Shown: positions 23,578-35,572 of the stretch, piece after piece | How the letters are laid out: each line of letters opens with the position of its first letter | Numbering within the stretch: position 1 is the stretch's first letter | From: Octopus sinensis | Lineage: Eukaryota | DNA: 35,873 nucleotides | Reading direction: 5' to 3' | Assembly (NCBI RefSeq): GCF_006345805.1 | Contig: NW_021828060.1 | Span: forward strand, 1-35,873 | Translations under genes and position numbers: made by a program | The notes under the pieces: generated by a model | Seen by the model: the letters and a program-made list of their open reading frames with translations, nothing else | What the model was told of the DNA's origin: nothing | Databases searched by the model: none

Positions 23578-24312
23578 TCTCTAGATTCAGCTCAGAACTG
23601 CGGCCACGCTGATGCACCGCCGTTTTGTGCTACACTGTTATTGCGAAGAACCTCAACTAATATGTGGCACTTGGTGAAGAATGGAGTTTGATATAGCTAC
23701 TCTCATTTGCACCACTTGCCGTGAGGTAGGTTCATCTGGCACAGGAAGATGTCCAGCTTTGATTTAAAAACCGCTACATCTACTTTGTGCAAGTTCCTCA
23801 GACTCTTTGGGAGAATATTAAAAAGCTGTGGGCCCTTGAAACCCAGGCTGTTGCAGAAGCTGGTCCTGAAGCGTGATGGCATTGCTGGGATCTTTGGCAC
23901 TATGCAGTGTCGTCCCGTTCTAGCATTGGTGTAGCTTACAATGCCAAAATTTGCACAATTCCTCCAAGATCTTCCAGACATATATTACTGCAAACTTCTC
24001 CGTCTTTCTCTCCAGGGAGTAGAGTCTTAGCTGTTTCAACCTTTCCCAGTAGCTGAGCTGTTACAAAGAGATGATCTTCTTTGTGAATGTTCTCTGAATT
24101 GCTTCAAGGTCCACTGTTAATTTTACACTGGTGGTTGACCATAGCTGTGAGCAGTAATCCAGGCGGCTGAGAACGAATGTCCGCCAGAGGACCATCATAG
24201 TTTCCTTATCTCTGGTTCTGAATGTTCTTAGGATCCACCCGGCCAGTTGTCTGCACTTTGTCGCCATCCTGGTAATGTGCATTTGGAAAAGGTATCATCA
24301 CCATTACTCAAG

Positions 24313-24316
<4 letters not shown>
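23578..24316 (-). mobile_element. CR1/L2-group LINE 3' fragment (RT C-terminus + 3' UTR), decayed, in (TA)n
   Basis: Translates [83 protein letters not shown] repeats at both junctions. Confidence 0.9.
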
Positions 24317-24368
<52 letters not shown>

Positions 24369-24464
24369 GATACATAGAAAATTCATACATACATACATAT
24401 ATACATGTATGCATATATAAATCTATATCTATCTATATATATATATTCACACATGCAATCATAC

Positions 24465-24466
<2 letters not shown>

Positions 24467-24558
<92 letters not shown>
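24467..24558. repeat. (TG)n microsatellite
   Basis: Near-perfect run. Confidence 0.98.
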
Positions 24559-24560
<2 letters not shown>

Positions 24561-24973
24561 CACGTATCCGTGTAAGGGTCTGCGATTTGATGGAGAAGAA
24601 ACTAATATTCATTCCTGCAATGCTTTTTCAAATCTGTCATCACCCAAATTCTAGGCACCATAGGCCAGACATTATATATGAGAGTCCCCGATATGTGTTG
24701 GAATCGTGGGCTGTTATGATATATCGCTTTGTGCCAGACTGCATGAGGGTGCGTGTCTGAATAAACAGAAAAGCGAGATTTTGCCGCTGTTGCTGCTGTA
24801 ACTGCTGCTGCTGCTGCTGTTGTTGCTGCCGTTGTTGTTGTTGCTGTTTTTGTCTATTTACTCTGAAGGCGGGGGTGTGGATGAAGAATCAAATCGGGAA
24901 GTTGCACTTCTTCATACATTTGATCCTTTGTTTCACTGTCTTCGCAACACATTCTCCCGTACATAAATACACT

Positions 24974-25007
<34 letters not shown>

Positions 25008-25499
25008 CTCACAATGTGATTCTGTCTCGGTGTCTCTTTCTTATTCTCCCTATTTGTATCCTTTTCTCAAATCGTCTTTTTCCTTCATTGAACCGCTCTC
25101 TCATTGTCTTTTTCTTCCTTATTCTGTCTGTCTGTCTGTTTGTCTATCCCATTGTCTTCCACCCAGTGTCTCTCACATTCTCTCTTTCTCTCTCTCTCTC
25201 TCTCTCCCGACTCTCCATCATGCTACGTTTCTCGATACCTATAGCAAGTTGATACGTATGTAGGAAGCAATGAATTGGAGAAAGTGTGTGATCAACAAAA
25301 CTGAAAGCGGACCAGAGTAACAAAGATAAGATGGGTATAAGAATATACCGATACAACAGAAGAATTCATGAGTTAAAAAGGTTTAAAAAAAAATACACTA
25401 AAAACAATACTTGGAAAAATTCGAAGACAAATTCCTCCAAGATACATCGAATTCGGTAGAACACGAAACGGTGAACACAGCGTAAGTTGCAAAAATAAA

Positions 25500-25725
25500 T
25501 AAATAAATGAATAATAACGAGAACAACAACACCACCAACAATAATAATAATAATGATAATAATAATAAAAACAACAATAATAATGACGATGATGATGATA
25601 ATGACAATAATAATAATAATAATAATAATAATATTAATAATAATAACAACAACAACAACAACAACAACAACAATAATAATAATAATAATAATAATAACAA
25701 TAATAATAATAATAACAATAATATT
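25500..25725. repeat. Compound (AAT)/(AAC)/(GAT) array
   Basis: Visible triplet runs. Confidence 0.95.
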
Positions 25726-25977
25726 GAGTGAGTGAATATACAAAGAATACGAGTGTAAGAGATTTGCAGACTAAAACAAATGTACAAAAACAGGACAATA
25801 AATCATAGATTAGTTTGACAATAGAAAAATAAAGAAAGAGGAAAAGAAGACAAAAATATTTGAAAATAATGGAGAGAAAACGGTCAGAAAAGAGGGGGAA
25901 AGAAAAGTTGATGAGTAGGAACGCAGACATTTCCGTCTTTCCTACATATATAAATCCGACATATAAGTAGTAAATAT

Positions 25978-26097
<120 letters not shown>

Positions 26098-26145
26098 TGT
26101 ATGTATGTATATATATATATAATATTATATTATATATAGAAAGTG

Positions 26146-26462
26146 AGTGCGCGTGGCTTAGTGGTTAGGGCATTCGGCTCATGATCGTAAGGTTGTGAGT
26201 TCGATTCCGGCGACGCGTTGTGTCCTTGAGCAAGACACTTTATTTCACGTTGCTCCAGTCCACTCAGCTGGCAAAAATGAGTTGTACTTGTATTTCAAAG
26301 GGTCAGCCTTGTCACTCTCTGTGTCACGCTGATTATCCCCGAGAACTACGTTAAGGGTACACGTGTCTGTGGAATGCTCAGCCATTTGCACGTTAATTTC
26401 ACGAGCAAGCTGTTCCGTTGATCGTATCAGCTGGGACCCTCGTCGTCGTAACCGGCGGAGTC
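26146..26462 (+). mobile_element. Full-length tRNA-derived SINE (cephalopod-type core)
   Basis: A box TGGCTTAGTGG, B box GAGTTCGATTCC, then GTGTCCTTGAGCAAGACACTTTATTTCACGTTGCTCCAGTCCACTCAGCTGG and the body. Confidence 0.9.
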
Positions 26463-26478
26463 TTTTTTTTTATATATA

Positions 26479-26702
26479 GAAAAAAAAAGTCAGGGCAGAA
26501 AATGCTAAAATGATTTTATAAAAAAAATATAAGTACCGGTTTCGTTCATTAAGACTTTTTCAACTGTAAGTATAGAAAACAATTAAATTTTGGAAAAATT
26601 AACTGTAACGTATTTCAAAGGAATATTTGCATAGTATTCAAATACAAGGGGCATTTTCCTAGTTTCTGCCTGTCTCTGTCTCTCTTGTTTACTCTTGTGG
26701 GT
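26479..26702. mobile_element. Truncated second copy of the 4040-4407 MITE in opposite orientation
   Basis: One TIR arm plus the reverse complement of the 4200-4260 interior (TATTCAAATACAAGGGGCATTTTCCT). Confidence 0.75.
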
Positions 26703-26721
26703 TATATATACATACATACAT

Positions 26722-26755
<34 letters not shown>

Positions 26756-26985
26756 ATATTAGAGAGAGAGAGAGAGAGAGAGAGGTATGTATGTGCGTGG
26801 TGGTGAGGAGCGTATGAGAGGGACCCTGTGTGTATGCGACGTGATTTCGAACGTACTCACGTATATGGTGTCATTCTTGTAATAGGTAAATATTTTATCA
26901 CATTACTAAATAACGGATTTCTTAAAATTTTGAAAAGGGTAATATTTTCTGACACATTTCTCTAAACTACGCATCTCTCTCTATT

Positions 26986-27016
<31 letters not shown>

Positions 27017-27094
27017 AACACACACACCCATCCTCTCTCTCTGAAACTAGCTCTCTTTCCCCCCTCTCTCTCTCTTCTAATAATATATATATAT

Positions 27095-27568
27095 AATACA
27101 AAATGGGGCAAGAACGCAAAACATCCAGAGAGTTAGGTAATACAAAAAAAGGTCAACAAAACATTCAGATAGGCGATAGAACGAAAACAAGGACGGGTCA
27201 TTCGGAGTTTTCTTTCCTCAGTCGAGTTCCAGATTATCTTTGTAATTTTGGCTGGTTGTACTCGAGATTGCTCTAATCTGGCCAGCCCCAAGGAAAAACT
27301 AATCTAAGAGAATTAGATTCCTTGGAAGAAAGCAGCGAATGTCTACAGAAATGGGGACGGAAAAAAACTGAGAATGGTACACAAATACAAATAACAGGAC
27401 ATAACAACAGGTATCTTACGACGAAGGACGGATTAAATAAAGCGTGTGCGGGAATAAAGCCTTACAGCAGGGATACAAGATTTCACAGGCACAGGGAGGA
27501 ATAGAGATGTTGCATGGACGGCGACCAAACCAAGAAACAAAGGTCAGGCTTGACCGGACACCGGTCAC
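27095..27568. mobile_element. Unclassified interspersed repeat, probably a retroelement 3' UTR ending in (TA)n
   Basis: Its terminal 30 nt (AATACAAAATGGG.CAAGAACGCAAAA) recur at 27844-27875 between TA runs. No coding motif was recognised. Confidence 0.4.
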
Positions 27569-27873
27569 GTGGGGGAGAGGAGAGAGAGGTAGAGGCAGGG
27601 GGACAGAAGAAATAAGGAGGGGTGAGAAAAGACAGGGACTCAGTGAAGTGAAAAGAGGGAAAGTGAGCATCCAGAGAAGGCAAGGAAATGTGAGAGAGGG
27701 GGAACGAAAGAACGAAGAGTGGAATGAACGAAGTAAGCGTGAAAGGGCTGATAGAAAGAAAGAATAGAGTCGTACAAGATTTAGATAAATATATACTTAC
27801 ATATAAGAGACCAAAGTGTACGTACGCCGATACATATATATAAAATACAAAATGGGACAAGAACGCAAAAAAC

Positions 27874-27915
<42 letters not shown>

Positions 27916-28383
27916 CCTCTTTCTGTTTCTCCCTTTCCTTCTATGTATATATGTGTGGGGGTGTATGTACATATATATACATACGTACATATATATTAAA
28001 AGCCTGAGAGAAAGGTATGCACAAATACATTTCCGAGTTATTACTTATTCTCACGAATGCAGAAGACATATTAATCAAGTTGCATGCTTTTTGTGTATCT
28101 AAGTTCACGAAAACTCAGACACTGGCGTGCGAATATACACACATACATAAGCACAAATATGTGCCGGCATACATACACACAAAATGTCGCTCACATTCAA
28201 CTACACACTCAGACAGCACTCAGACAGACGACCACTAATATGAATATACTCACACAGCTGTATATATATATATATACATGCATACACATACATACCTGTT
28301 TACCTAAATGTATATACCTTGTATTTATTGATATATATGTGTGTGTGTATATATAAATGCATATATATTTCCATATATATATG

Positions 28384-28419
<36 letters not shown>

Positions 28420-28460
28420 TATATATTCATATGTTCTACATACATATACATATGTATATG

Positions 28461-28597
<137 letters not shown>

Positions 28598-28598
28598 G

Positions 28599-28643
<45 letters not shown>

Positions 28644-28884
28644 ATATAAAGCCACATAAATGGGACGAATATTTTCACATATTACTGTAATCCGCAATTC
28701 TTTTATTTTTATACAAAACTAAACATAAACAACGAAGAAAAACCCAACAAAACGGAATAATAAAAGCAATAATTTGTAAACAAAACGCAAAACTAGGCCC
28801 TACTAGTATCTTCTATCTGATGCTCAGAAAACAAAAGTTAAATACATACATACTTACATGCCTGTATATGTCTATCTACCTGCA

Positions 28885-28920
<36 letters not shown>

Positions 28921-28927
28921 CATATAT

Positions 28928-29001
<74 letters not shown>

Positions 29002-29260
29002 CAATTAAGGACAACTACTTAATAAGGAAAACTTAAGAAATTGTCAGGTAGATAGCGTGAAAACCTCATAAGAGAAAAAATTTCGAAAATAATTTTCTTT
29101 TTATTAACATATTAATTTATATATAGAGGGCATTATACATACATGCCAGAGGGCATTATACATACATGCCACACGCTAAGAGGGACAATTAGTCATTTCT
29201 ACCAAAAATATTACTAATCCCACCGAATGCATTTTTCAAAGTAAGACATTTAAAAAATAT

Positions 29261-29308
29261 AGACCTGTATCACAGTGATTTCATACTTACGTATTCATCA
29301 GCAGGCCT
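29261..29308 (-). ncRNA. Identical mirror-copy hammerhead
   Basis: Exact reverse complement of 29762-29809. Confidence 0.9.
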
Positions 29309-29761
29309 GAATGTATCATAAATAAACGACCCTGTCCCGCTTAAGCCGATCAGCTAACTGATCAACATCAACGAAGCACATGGGTGAGTTTACATATATT
29401 ACAATCCTGTAAATGGCATACTTTTACGAATTGCATTTCGGGAAAGGAAAAGTTTTTTCGGAATAAAATTTAGCAATTAAGGACAACTACTTAATAAGGA
29501 AAACTTAACAAGAATTGTCAGGTAGATAGCGTGAAAACCTAATAAGAGAAAAAATTTCTTGTTAAGTTTTCCTTATTAAGTAGTTGTCCTTAATTGCTAA
29601 ATTTTTATTCCGAAAAAACTTTTCCTTTCCCGAAATGCAATTCGTAAAAGTATGCCATTTACAGGATGTAATATATGTAAACTCACCCATGTGCTTCGTT
29701 GATGTTGATCAGTTAGCTGATCGGCTTAAGCGGGACAGGGTCGTTTATTTATGATACATTC

Positions 29762-29809
29762 AGGCCTGCTGATGAATACGTAAGTATGAAATCACTGTGA
29801 TACAGGTCT
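29762..29809 (+). ncRNA. Type I hammerhead ribozyme, complete canonical core
   Basis: AGGCCTG-CTGATGA-ATAC(GTAA)GTAT-GAAA-TCAC(T)GTGA-TA-CAGGTCT. Stem I 7 bp, stem II 4 bp, near-palindromic stem III. Predicted cleavage after 29802. Confidence 0.9.
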
Positions 29810-29953
29810 ATATTTTAAATGTCTTACTTTGAAAAATTGCATTCGGTGGGATTAGTAATATTTTTGGTAGAAATGACTAATTGTCCCACTTAGCGTGTGG
29901 CATGTATGTACAATGCCCTCTGGCAGTATGTTAAGCACTCTATATAAAATGTA

Positions 29954-30063
<110 letters not shown>

Positions 30064-30211
30064 ACAGGTGCACGCAAACACATATATAAGAAGCAAAACA
30101 AACATATACGGTTTCGCCCTGTCTTCATCGTCATCGTCGCCTGCGTCGTTTACAACAACAGCAGCACCCACCACCATCACCATCACAACTACGATGATGA
30201 CCACGACCACG

Positions 30212-30255
<44 letters not shown>

Positions 30256-30546
30256 AGCCATAACAACAACAGTCCGGTTGATGAATTTGAAGTGGAAATA
30301 TGTATGGTTCCATGTTCTATATTACACATGCATACAGCCTGTTGTTTACCTTGTTTGTCCCACCACCACACCACCACAGCCACCACCGCCACCATCGCAG
30401 CCTGCTTTCTCACATCAAGCGCCACTACCGCCATCACAATCACAACAAGCACCACCTCTACCACCGCTGTTTCTGGGCCTGTTTATCATGAATTAGCAAA
30501 TGAAGAATTACGTTGAGGTAGTAGTGTTGTGTTTCTTTTTTCTTAG

Positions 30547-30618
30547 ACGATGAAGAGAAAGGAATGGTTCATCTTTGGATTTGGGTTTCGTTTCTCGTTA
30601 AATTCAAACAGGAAGGAA
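30547..30618 (+). other. Candidate 72-nt internal exon of an unidentified gene
   Basis: Strong pyrimidine tract TTGTGTTTCTTTTTTCTTAG, open phase-1 frame DEEKGMVHLWIWVSFLVKFKQEG, donor GTAACC. No homology recognised. Confidence 0.25.
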
Positions 30619-32060
30619 GTAACCTCCCTTGACCTTTCACACATCTTCTTTCGTGGAGGCGGGCAAAAAACAAAAAAAAAAATCAGAAAAGCAAACAAAG
30701 AGAAACAAAAACCAACAAAAACCGCGTGTATGCTTTTGTGTGTTTTGTAGGCGATGAATGGGAGTGGTCAGTGTCTGTCTATGCGTGTGTGCGTTTTTGT
30801 AGAAAATATGGAATTTATTGTGTGTGGTGTGTTAGTAATATGCGTGTGGTGTGTGTCTGAGAGCATTTGATTTTGTCTTTATGGCTTGTGTGCATCTTTA
30901 TGCGTATGATTGTGTGTATGTATGTATGCGTGTGTGCGTACATGTGTATGTGTGTGTGTGTGTGTGTGTTGTGTGTGTGTGTATGTGTGTGTGTGTGAAT
31001 ATGTGTGCGTACATGTGATGGAACGGTACAAATTTCTCATTATATAACTTGGTCTGGCGTGCAACCAATCCAGTAAGGAAAATGTTCTAACAACTGTCCA
31101 GGACAATGACGGTGTTGGTGATAATGACAATGATATTGGTGATTATAATGGGGAATATGACGATGATGATAATTCTGGTGATGATGATGATGATGAGTAT
31201 GATGATGTTAGCGATGATGATGATAACGACGACGATAAGGACGTTTGACAATAGTATTCAATGGCTTGGCGTAAGACACTGACACTAGTTCAGCTTCGAA
31301 ACAGTGCAAGTGTTACTTTGTCCCGATCTTTCAGAGACAACTTCCATTTAGGCTATCTCTGAGTGAGACTAGGCATCCTCCAAGTGAGTTCTTACGACAT
31401 TTTCTCTGTTTAAAAGTCAGATCTAAACTAGCATCCAAGTACTGTAACCAGACTCTCTGTTTATCAACAGAATACGACTCTGGTTGAGATGGACTCTCTC
31501 CGTCCCAAGATGGAAACCCCTTTCGTTCTGTTTCTCTTGATGCATAACCCCACCATCTACATATAGTCTTTCAGCATGGTTCTCGCTGTCTCGTTTACCG
31601 CAATGACCGGAAAAGTGAAGGTTTCACCATCTTCCTAGTACACACGGTTGTCCTGAACTCAGGAGAGTACTGTCAACATATGTGATCGACGCCTCTTCAA
31701 TATGGCGGACACGTTAAGCATTGAACTATTGGAAATTCGTCTCTCCTGTGTCCCAAGAGAGCCATGTGTGCACATGCTGACCAGGTATCCACTACCGTGT
31801 TGTACACTTTGGATATCTGTGTGGTCGGCATCAGAACTGTACCGTAAGGGTGCATGAGTACCAAGAGACCAGGACATATTGGTGAGCTTAATAAGACTAA
31901 TGATGCCGGTGTCATTTGGTTTCTTAAGAGAAAGCGAAATTAAAATAAGGAAATATATATATCTACAAAGAAATATATATCCATAAATACACACACCACC
32001 ATATATAATATATATATATATTATATATATAATATACACATATAGAAATATACATACATA

Positions 32061-32108
<48 letters not shown>

Positions 32109-32746
32109 AACATATATATATATATATATATATAATATATATAAATACACACACATCCATATATGTAATATATATATATATAATATATATATATAATATA
32201 TATATTATATATATATATATTATATATATATATACACATATATAAGTGGCTTATCTCTGATTAGTTTTCCAGTCATACATCTGTTTAATTATATCTGTTC
32301 TACAGCTGTGCACCCATCACACTACCGTGTCATTCAAAAGTTTTATTTGTTTAGCGAAATGTAATTATTAAAGAATCAGAAAGTCGTATATTTACACCCT
32401 TTCCTCCCTCTCTCCATTAATCTATCCCTCAATCCATCCGTTCATCCATTTCCATACATACGCGCAAATATATACGCATGTATAAATAGTAAGGAAATAA
32501 AAGAATAAAGAATTATGTTCGTATGATATTTTATTCATTTACGCAAGTTTCAAATGGAATAGGCTTCCCACGAGGTACTCCGTTGTATCTAGTGGTTTAA
32601 CTGAGCTTTTAATCAATCACTTTACGGAACGATTATTTTCTTAGCCATTCTTCTTAGTGTTCTGAATATGTGAATTTTACATTATTAAGGAAGGATTGGA
32701 AAATATTAGATTTGCAAGCCTTAAAATTCCCTCCATAATTGCCCAC

Positions 32747-32820
32747 GGGCATATGACGTAGTGGTTAAGAGCGCGGGCTACTAACCCCAAGAATCCGAGT
32801 TCGATACCAGGCAGTGATCC
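32747..32820 (+). mobile_element. tRNA-like SINE head or tRNA pseudogene
   Basis: A box TGACGTAGTGG, B-box-like GAGTTCGATAC, poor cloverleaf pairing, followed by an AAT tail. Confidence 0.6.
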
Positions 32821-33333
32821 GAATAATAACAATAATAATTTATAAATAATAATAATTTATAAACTTATTTAATGGGTTCCAACGTGAAAAATAAAAAAAA
32901 AACGATTTATTTCTAGTCTCTAGAAATTTCTGAAGTTTCTTGGCGTTACAAACATATTTGTGTAAACGAAGAACAGATTTTATTTCAAACATGTTATATT
33001 CAGGGGTTTTTTCTACAAAGTATTTTTCACGTTTCTTTCTTGGTCCTTTATCTTTTAGTTTTGAATAATACCATTGGTAAATCCATTAATTTCTGTGTTT
33101 CTGACTTTCGAAATCTCATTTTAAAAGTAAACGATGGTAAGTGACCTGTAGTCCAGGCGTTCTGCGTTAGGTTGCCAACGCTTAAGGGAAAAATTTGATA
33201 ACTAATTTAATCATCAACGCCTATTTTAAAACTCTTGCAATAAAGCTTTGTATATTACAGGATATCATAAATTTTTTTTCATGTGATGTACTAATGTGTG
33301 CAATGTGCGCTAAAAAACTTTCAGAACGGATTA

Positions 33334-33556
33334 AAGTAATCCCTCGCCATATCACGGTTCACCTATCGCGGTTTATTATTAAGCTTACGTCGATTCCTCT
33401 GTGGTGTTGTTTTGAATTTATAATAAAATAAATATATACAAATTATAAAAATAATTTTTAAAAATATACAGAACAGTACTGTTTCTACTTCCTGGATTTT
33501 CACCGATCGCGGGTGGGGATTGGAACGTAACACCCGCGATAGTCGAGGGACTACTG
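33334..33556. mobile_element. Tigger/pogo-type MITE
   Basis: TIRs (A)AGTAATCCCTCG and CGAGGGACTACTG, flanked by TA at 33332-33333 and 33557-33558. Confidence 0.75.
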
Positions 33557-34280
33557 TATTACATTCATGTTTCATACTTGCTAATATGTTCTTTACACTA
33601 ATGATTGTAAGTTCATTAACGTTGCGAAAACATTTACGGTGTCGTCATCTGAATGAAATTTGCGATTATGAAACGTCGAGGCCTAATATTCGTAAAAGGC
33701 AGCTTCATATGATGACTGAATCGTCATCAGCCGATTTTAAATTGTAGAACATTAACTCCCGGTTACCTTCATAAACTGTTTTGTACATTTGTTATACGTG
33801 TATCTATGCTTCGATTTATGATTTTTGTTTCTCGGTATTTCTTCTAACCGTCTTTAAACATGGTTGAGTTATCAGCTAATGTTTCCTAGATTTGTTTTGT
33901 GTTTTGTATTATAGTGTATTGCAATGGATTATTTACATGTGTGCGCGCGCGCGCGTGTGTGTGTAGGTTTGTTTGTGTGTGTATATTATATGTACTGTTT
34001 GAAAGATAGTTTGCCCAGTATAATGATTCTCATAATTTATCTGGCTTACTATCTACAATCTACACTTCTTTTTGCTCCCCCTTAACTGTAACCACACCCT
34101 ATTCAGTTATCTTTTTACTTCATCCGTATTTTTTACTAATTGATTGCTTCGTTTTAGAGCTATTTCCAGCTACTATTACCAGCTACCTTCTAGTTGCCTT
34201 CTACATGAATTTACCTGATGAAAACTTTCGGTGTCTAGCGATTGTGTCGACTAGCATTCGTAGAATATCTAATATTTCAG

Positions 34281-34346
34281 CGGAAAGAGTAATGTTCAAA
34301 AGAGTTGTGAACTATGAAGACGAAACATTAGTAAAGACTGTCTTTG
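34281..34346 (+). other. Candidate 66-nt internal exon of an unidentified gene
   Basis: Acceptor CTAATATTTCAG, open phase-1 frame ERVMFKRVVNYEDETLVKTVF, donor GTGAGA (alternative donor AAG/GTAAAT at 34360). Confidence 0.3.
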
Positions 34347-34989
34347 GTGAGAAGTTAAGGTAAATGGGGTAACCCTGACTCGAGCCCGAAGAAAAATAGG
34401 AAGAGAATGATGATCTGGTTCAGTCCGCCATTAATAAGTAATGATGTCCACAAACATACCTAGATCCTTCTTGTCCTTAAGTAGAAAGCACATCCCACTC
34501 ACCTCAACTTGTTTAATGTATATGATGCTAAATGCTGCTCTTAGATCATTTAATTTCAACACCACATACTACAATATAAAAAAGCTCCACCTCATACCTG
34601 GAACTGACAAAATCTTGTCACTTTCTTATTGGGCAGTCCTGAGTCTCAATCGTTGTGAGCTGTAGAACGATCTCAACACAATCCACTGCCTCCATTAGAT
34701 ACAACATGACCCTAACAAGCACGGATTTTAGGGAAGATCCAACGATTAAATGTACTTCTTCAGGCCTATGGAGATGGAAAATTACACTTCTCAGCTCTGC
34801 TTCATCTGGACATTTCAGGACAGAAAACATTTCTCCAATGCCTCATGGTAATGCCTTAACATGACTTCTGCGTACTCACGTTCAAATTCAAAATCTTTAA
34901 CACTGTCTGCCTAACAGACTACATATACTGCGACAGCATATAATAGCCATCAATTGAGAATATATTTGCAATACTACTGCACCATTTTA

Positions 34990-35572
34990 CGAGGTCTGAT
35001 AAAAAGAAAAAGTATCGGGTCTGGTGCTATATAAAAAAAACCTATATATATATATATCAACTCGATATTTAATCTCCCCCGAAGTTGTTCCCTTCTGAAG
35101 CAACTCACTTTATCCAGCGTCGTTTCCGTTTCCATGGATGGACACATTCCTTGAACTCCTTCCTATTTTTCGGATAGTGACCAGCTGCCTCGTCGCATTT
35201 TGGGGGATTTCGTCAGTGTCTTGCAATCTTGTTCCTTTCAAGTGAGATTTTATTTTACGAAAGATTATTGGCTGAATTAACCTACAAACAGTGTCTGTTT
35301 CCGTGTAGGCACGCGTGCACCCCTACCCCACCCCAACATACAGTCCCCCCACACACACACACTAATTTTCACTGCCGTGATCACTGATGGAACCTCTGTG
35401 GAACCTCTACACAATTTACTTACAAGCAATGCTTTAAACAACGGAAGTGAGCGAGAACGGAAGTGTGTATGCGCGAAAAAGTTCAGGGTCAATCTGTGCC
35501 AGGCGGCTTCACTCTGCGGACTTTAGTTTCGTTACCATAGTAACAGTTCCGATACTTTTTGGTCAAAACTCG
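34990..35572 (-). mobile_element. Internally deleted mariner element with both TIRs and a transposase C-terminal remnant
   Basis: TA-CGAGGTCTGA..AAAAAGTATCGG and CCGATACTTTTTGGTCAAAACTCG-TA. Minus strand 35256 to 35079 reads IFRKIKSHLKGTRLQDTDEIPQNATRQL / KEFKECVHPWK..RRWIK*VASEGNNFGGD*, a mariner C-terminus. Confidence 0.88.

Larger units (their letters stand above)
29001..29948. mobile_element. About 950-bp hammerhead-bearing element: partial direct repeat plus long inverted repeat, in (TA)n
   Basis: 29148-29514 mirrors 29556-29922 almost perfectly. 29001-29083 is a direct repeat of 29473-29558. TA arrays lie on both sides. Confidence 0.9.

Noticed and set aside
27181-27230. Minus-strand CTGAGGA..GAA hammerhead-like text
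   Set aside because: No A15.1-U16.1 pair and no convincing stem I or stem II.
32747-32820. Functional tRNA gene
   Set aside because: Acceptor and anticodon stems pair poorly and an AAT tail follows, so it is better explained as a SINE head.
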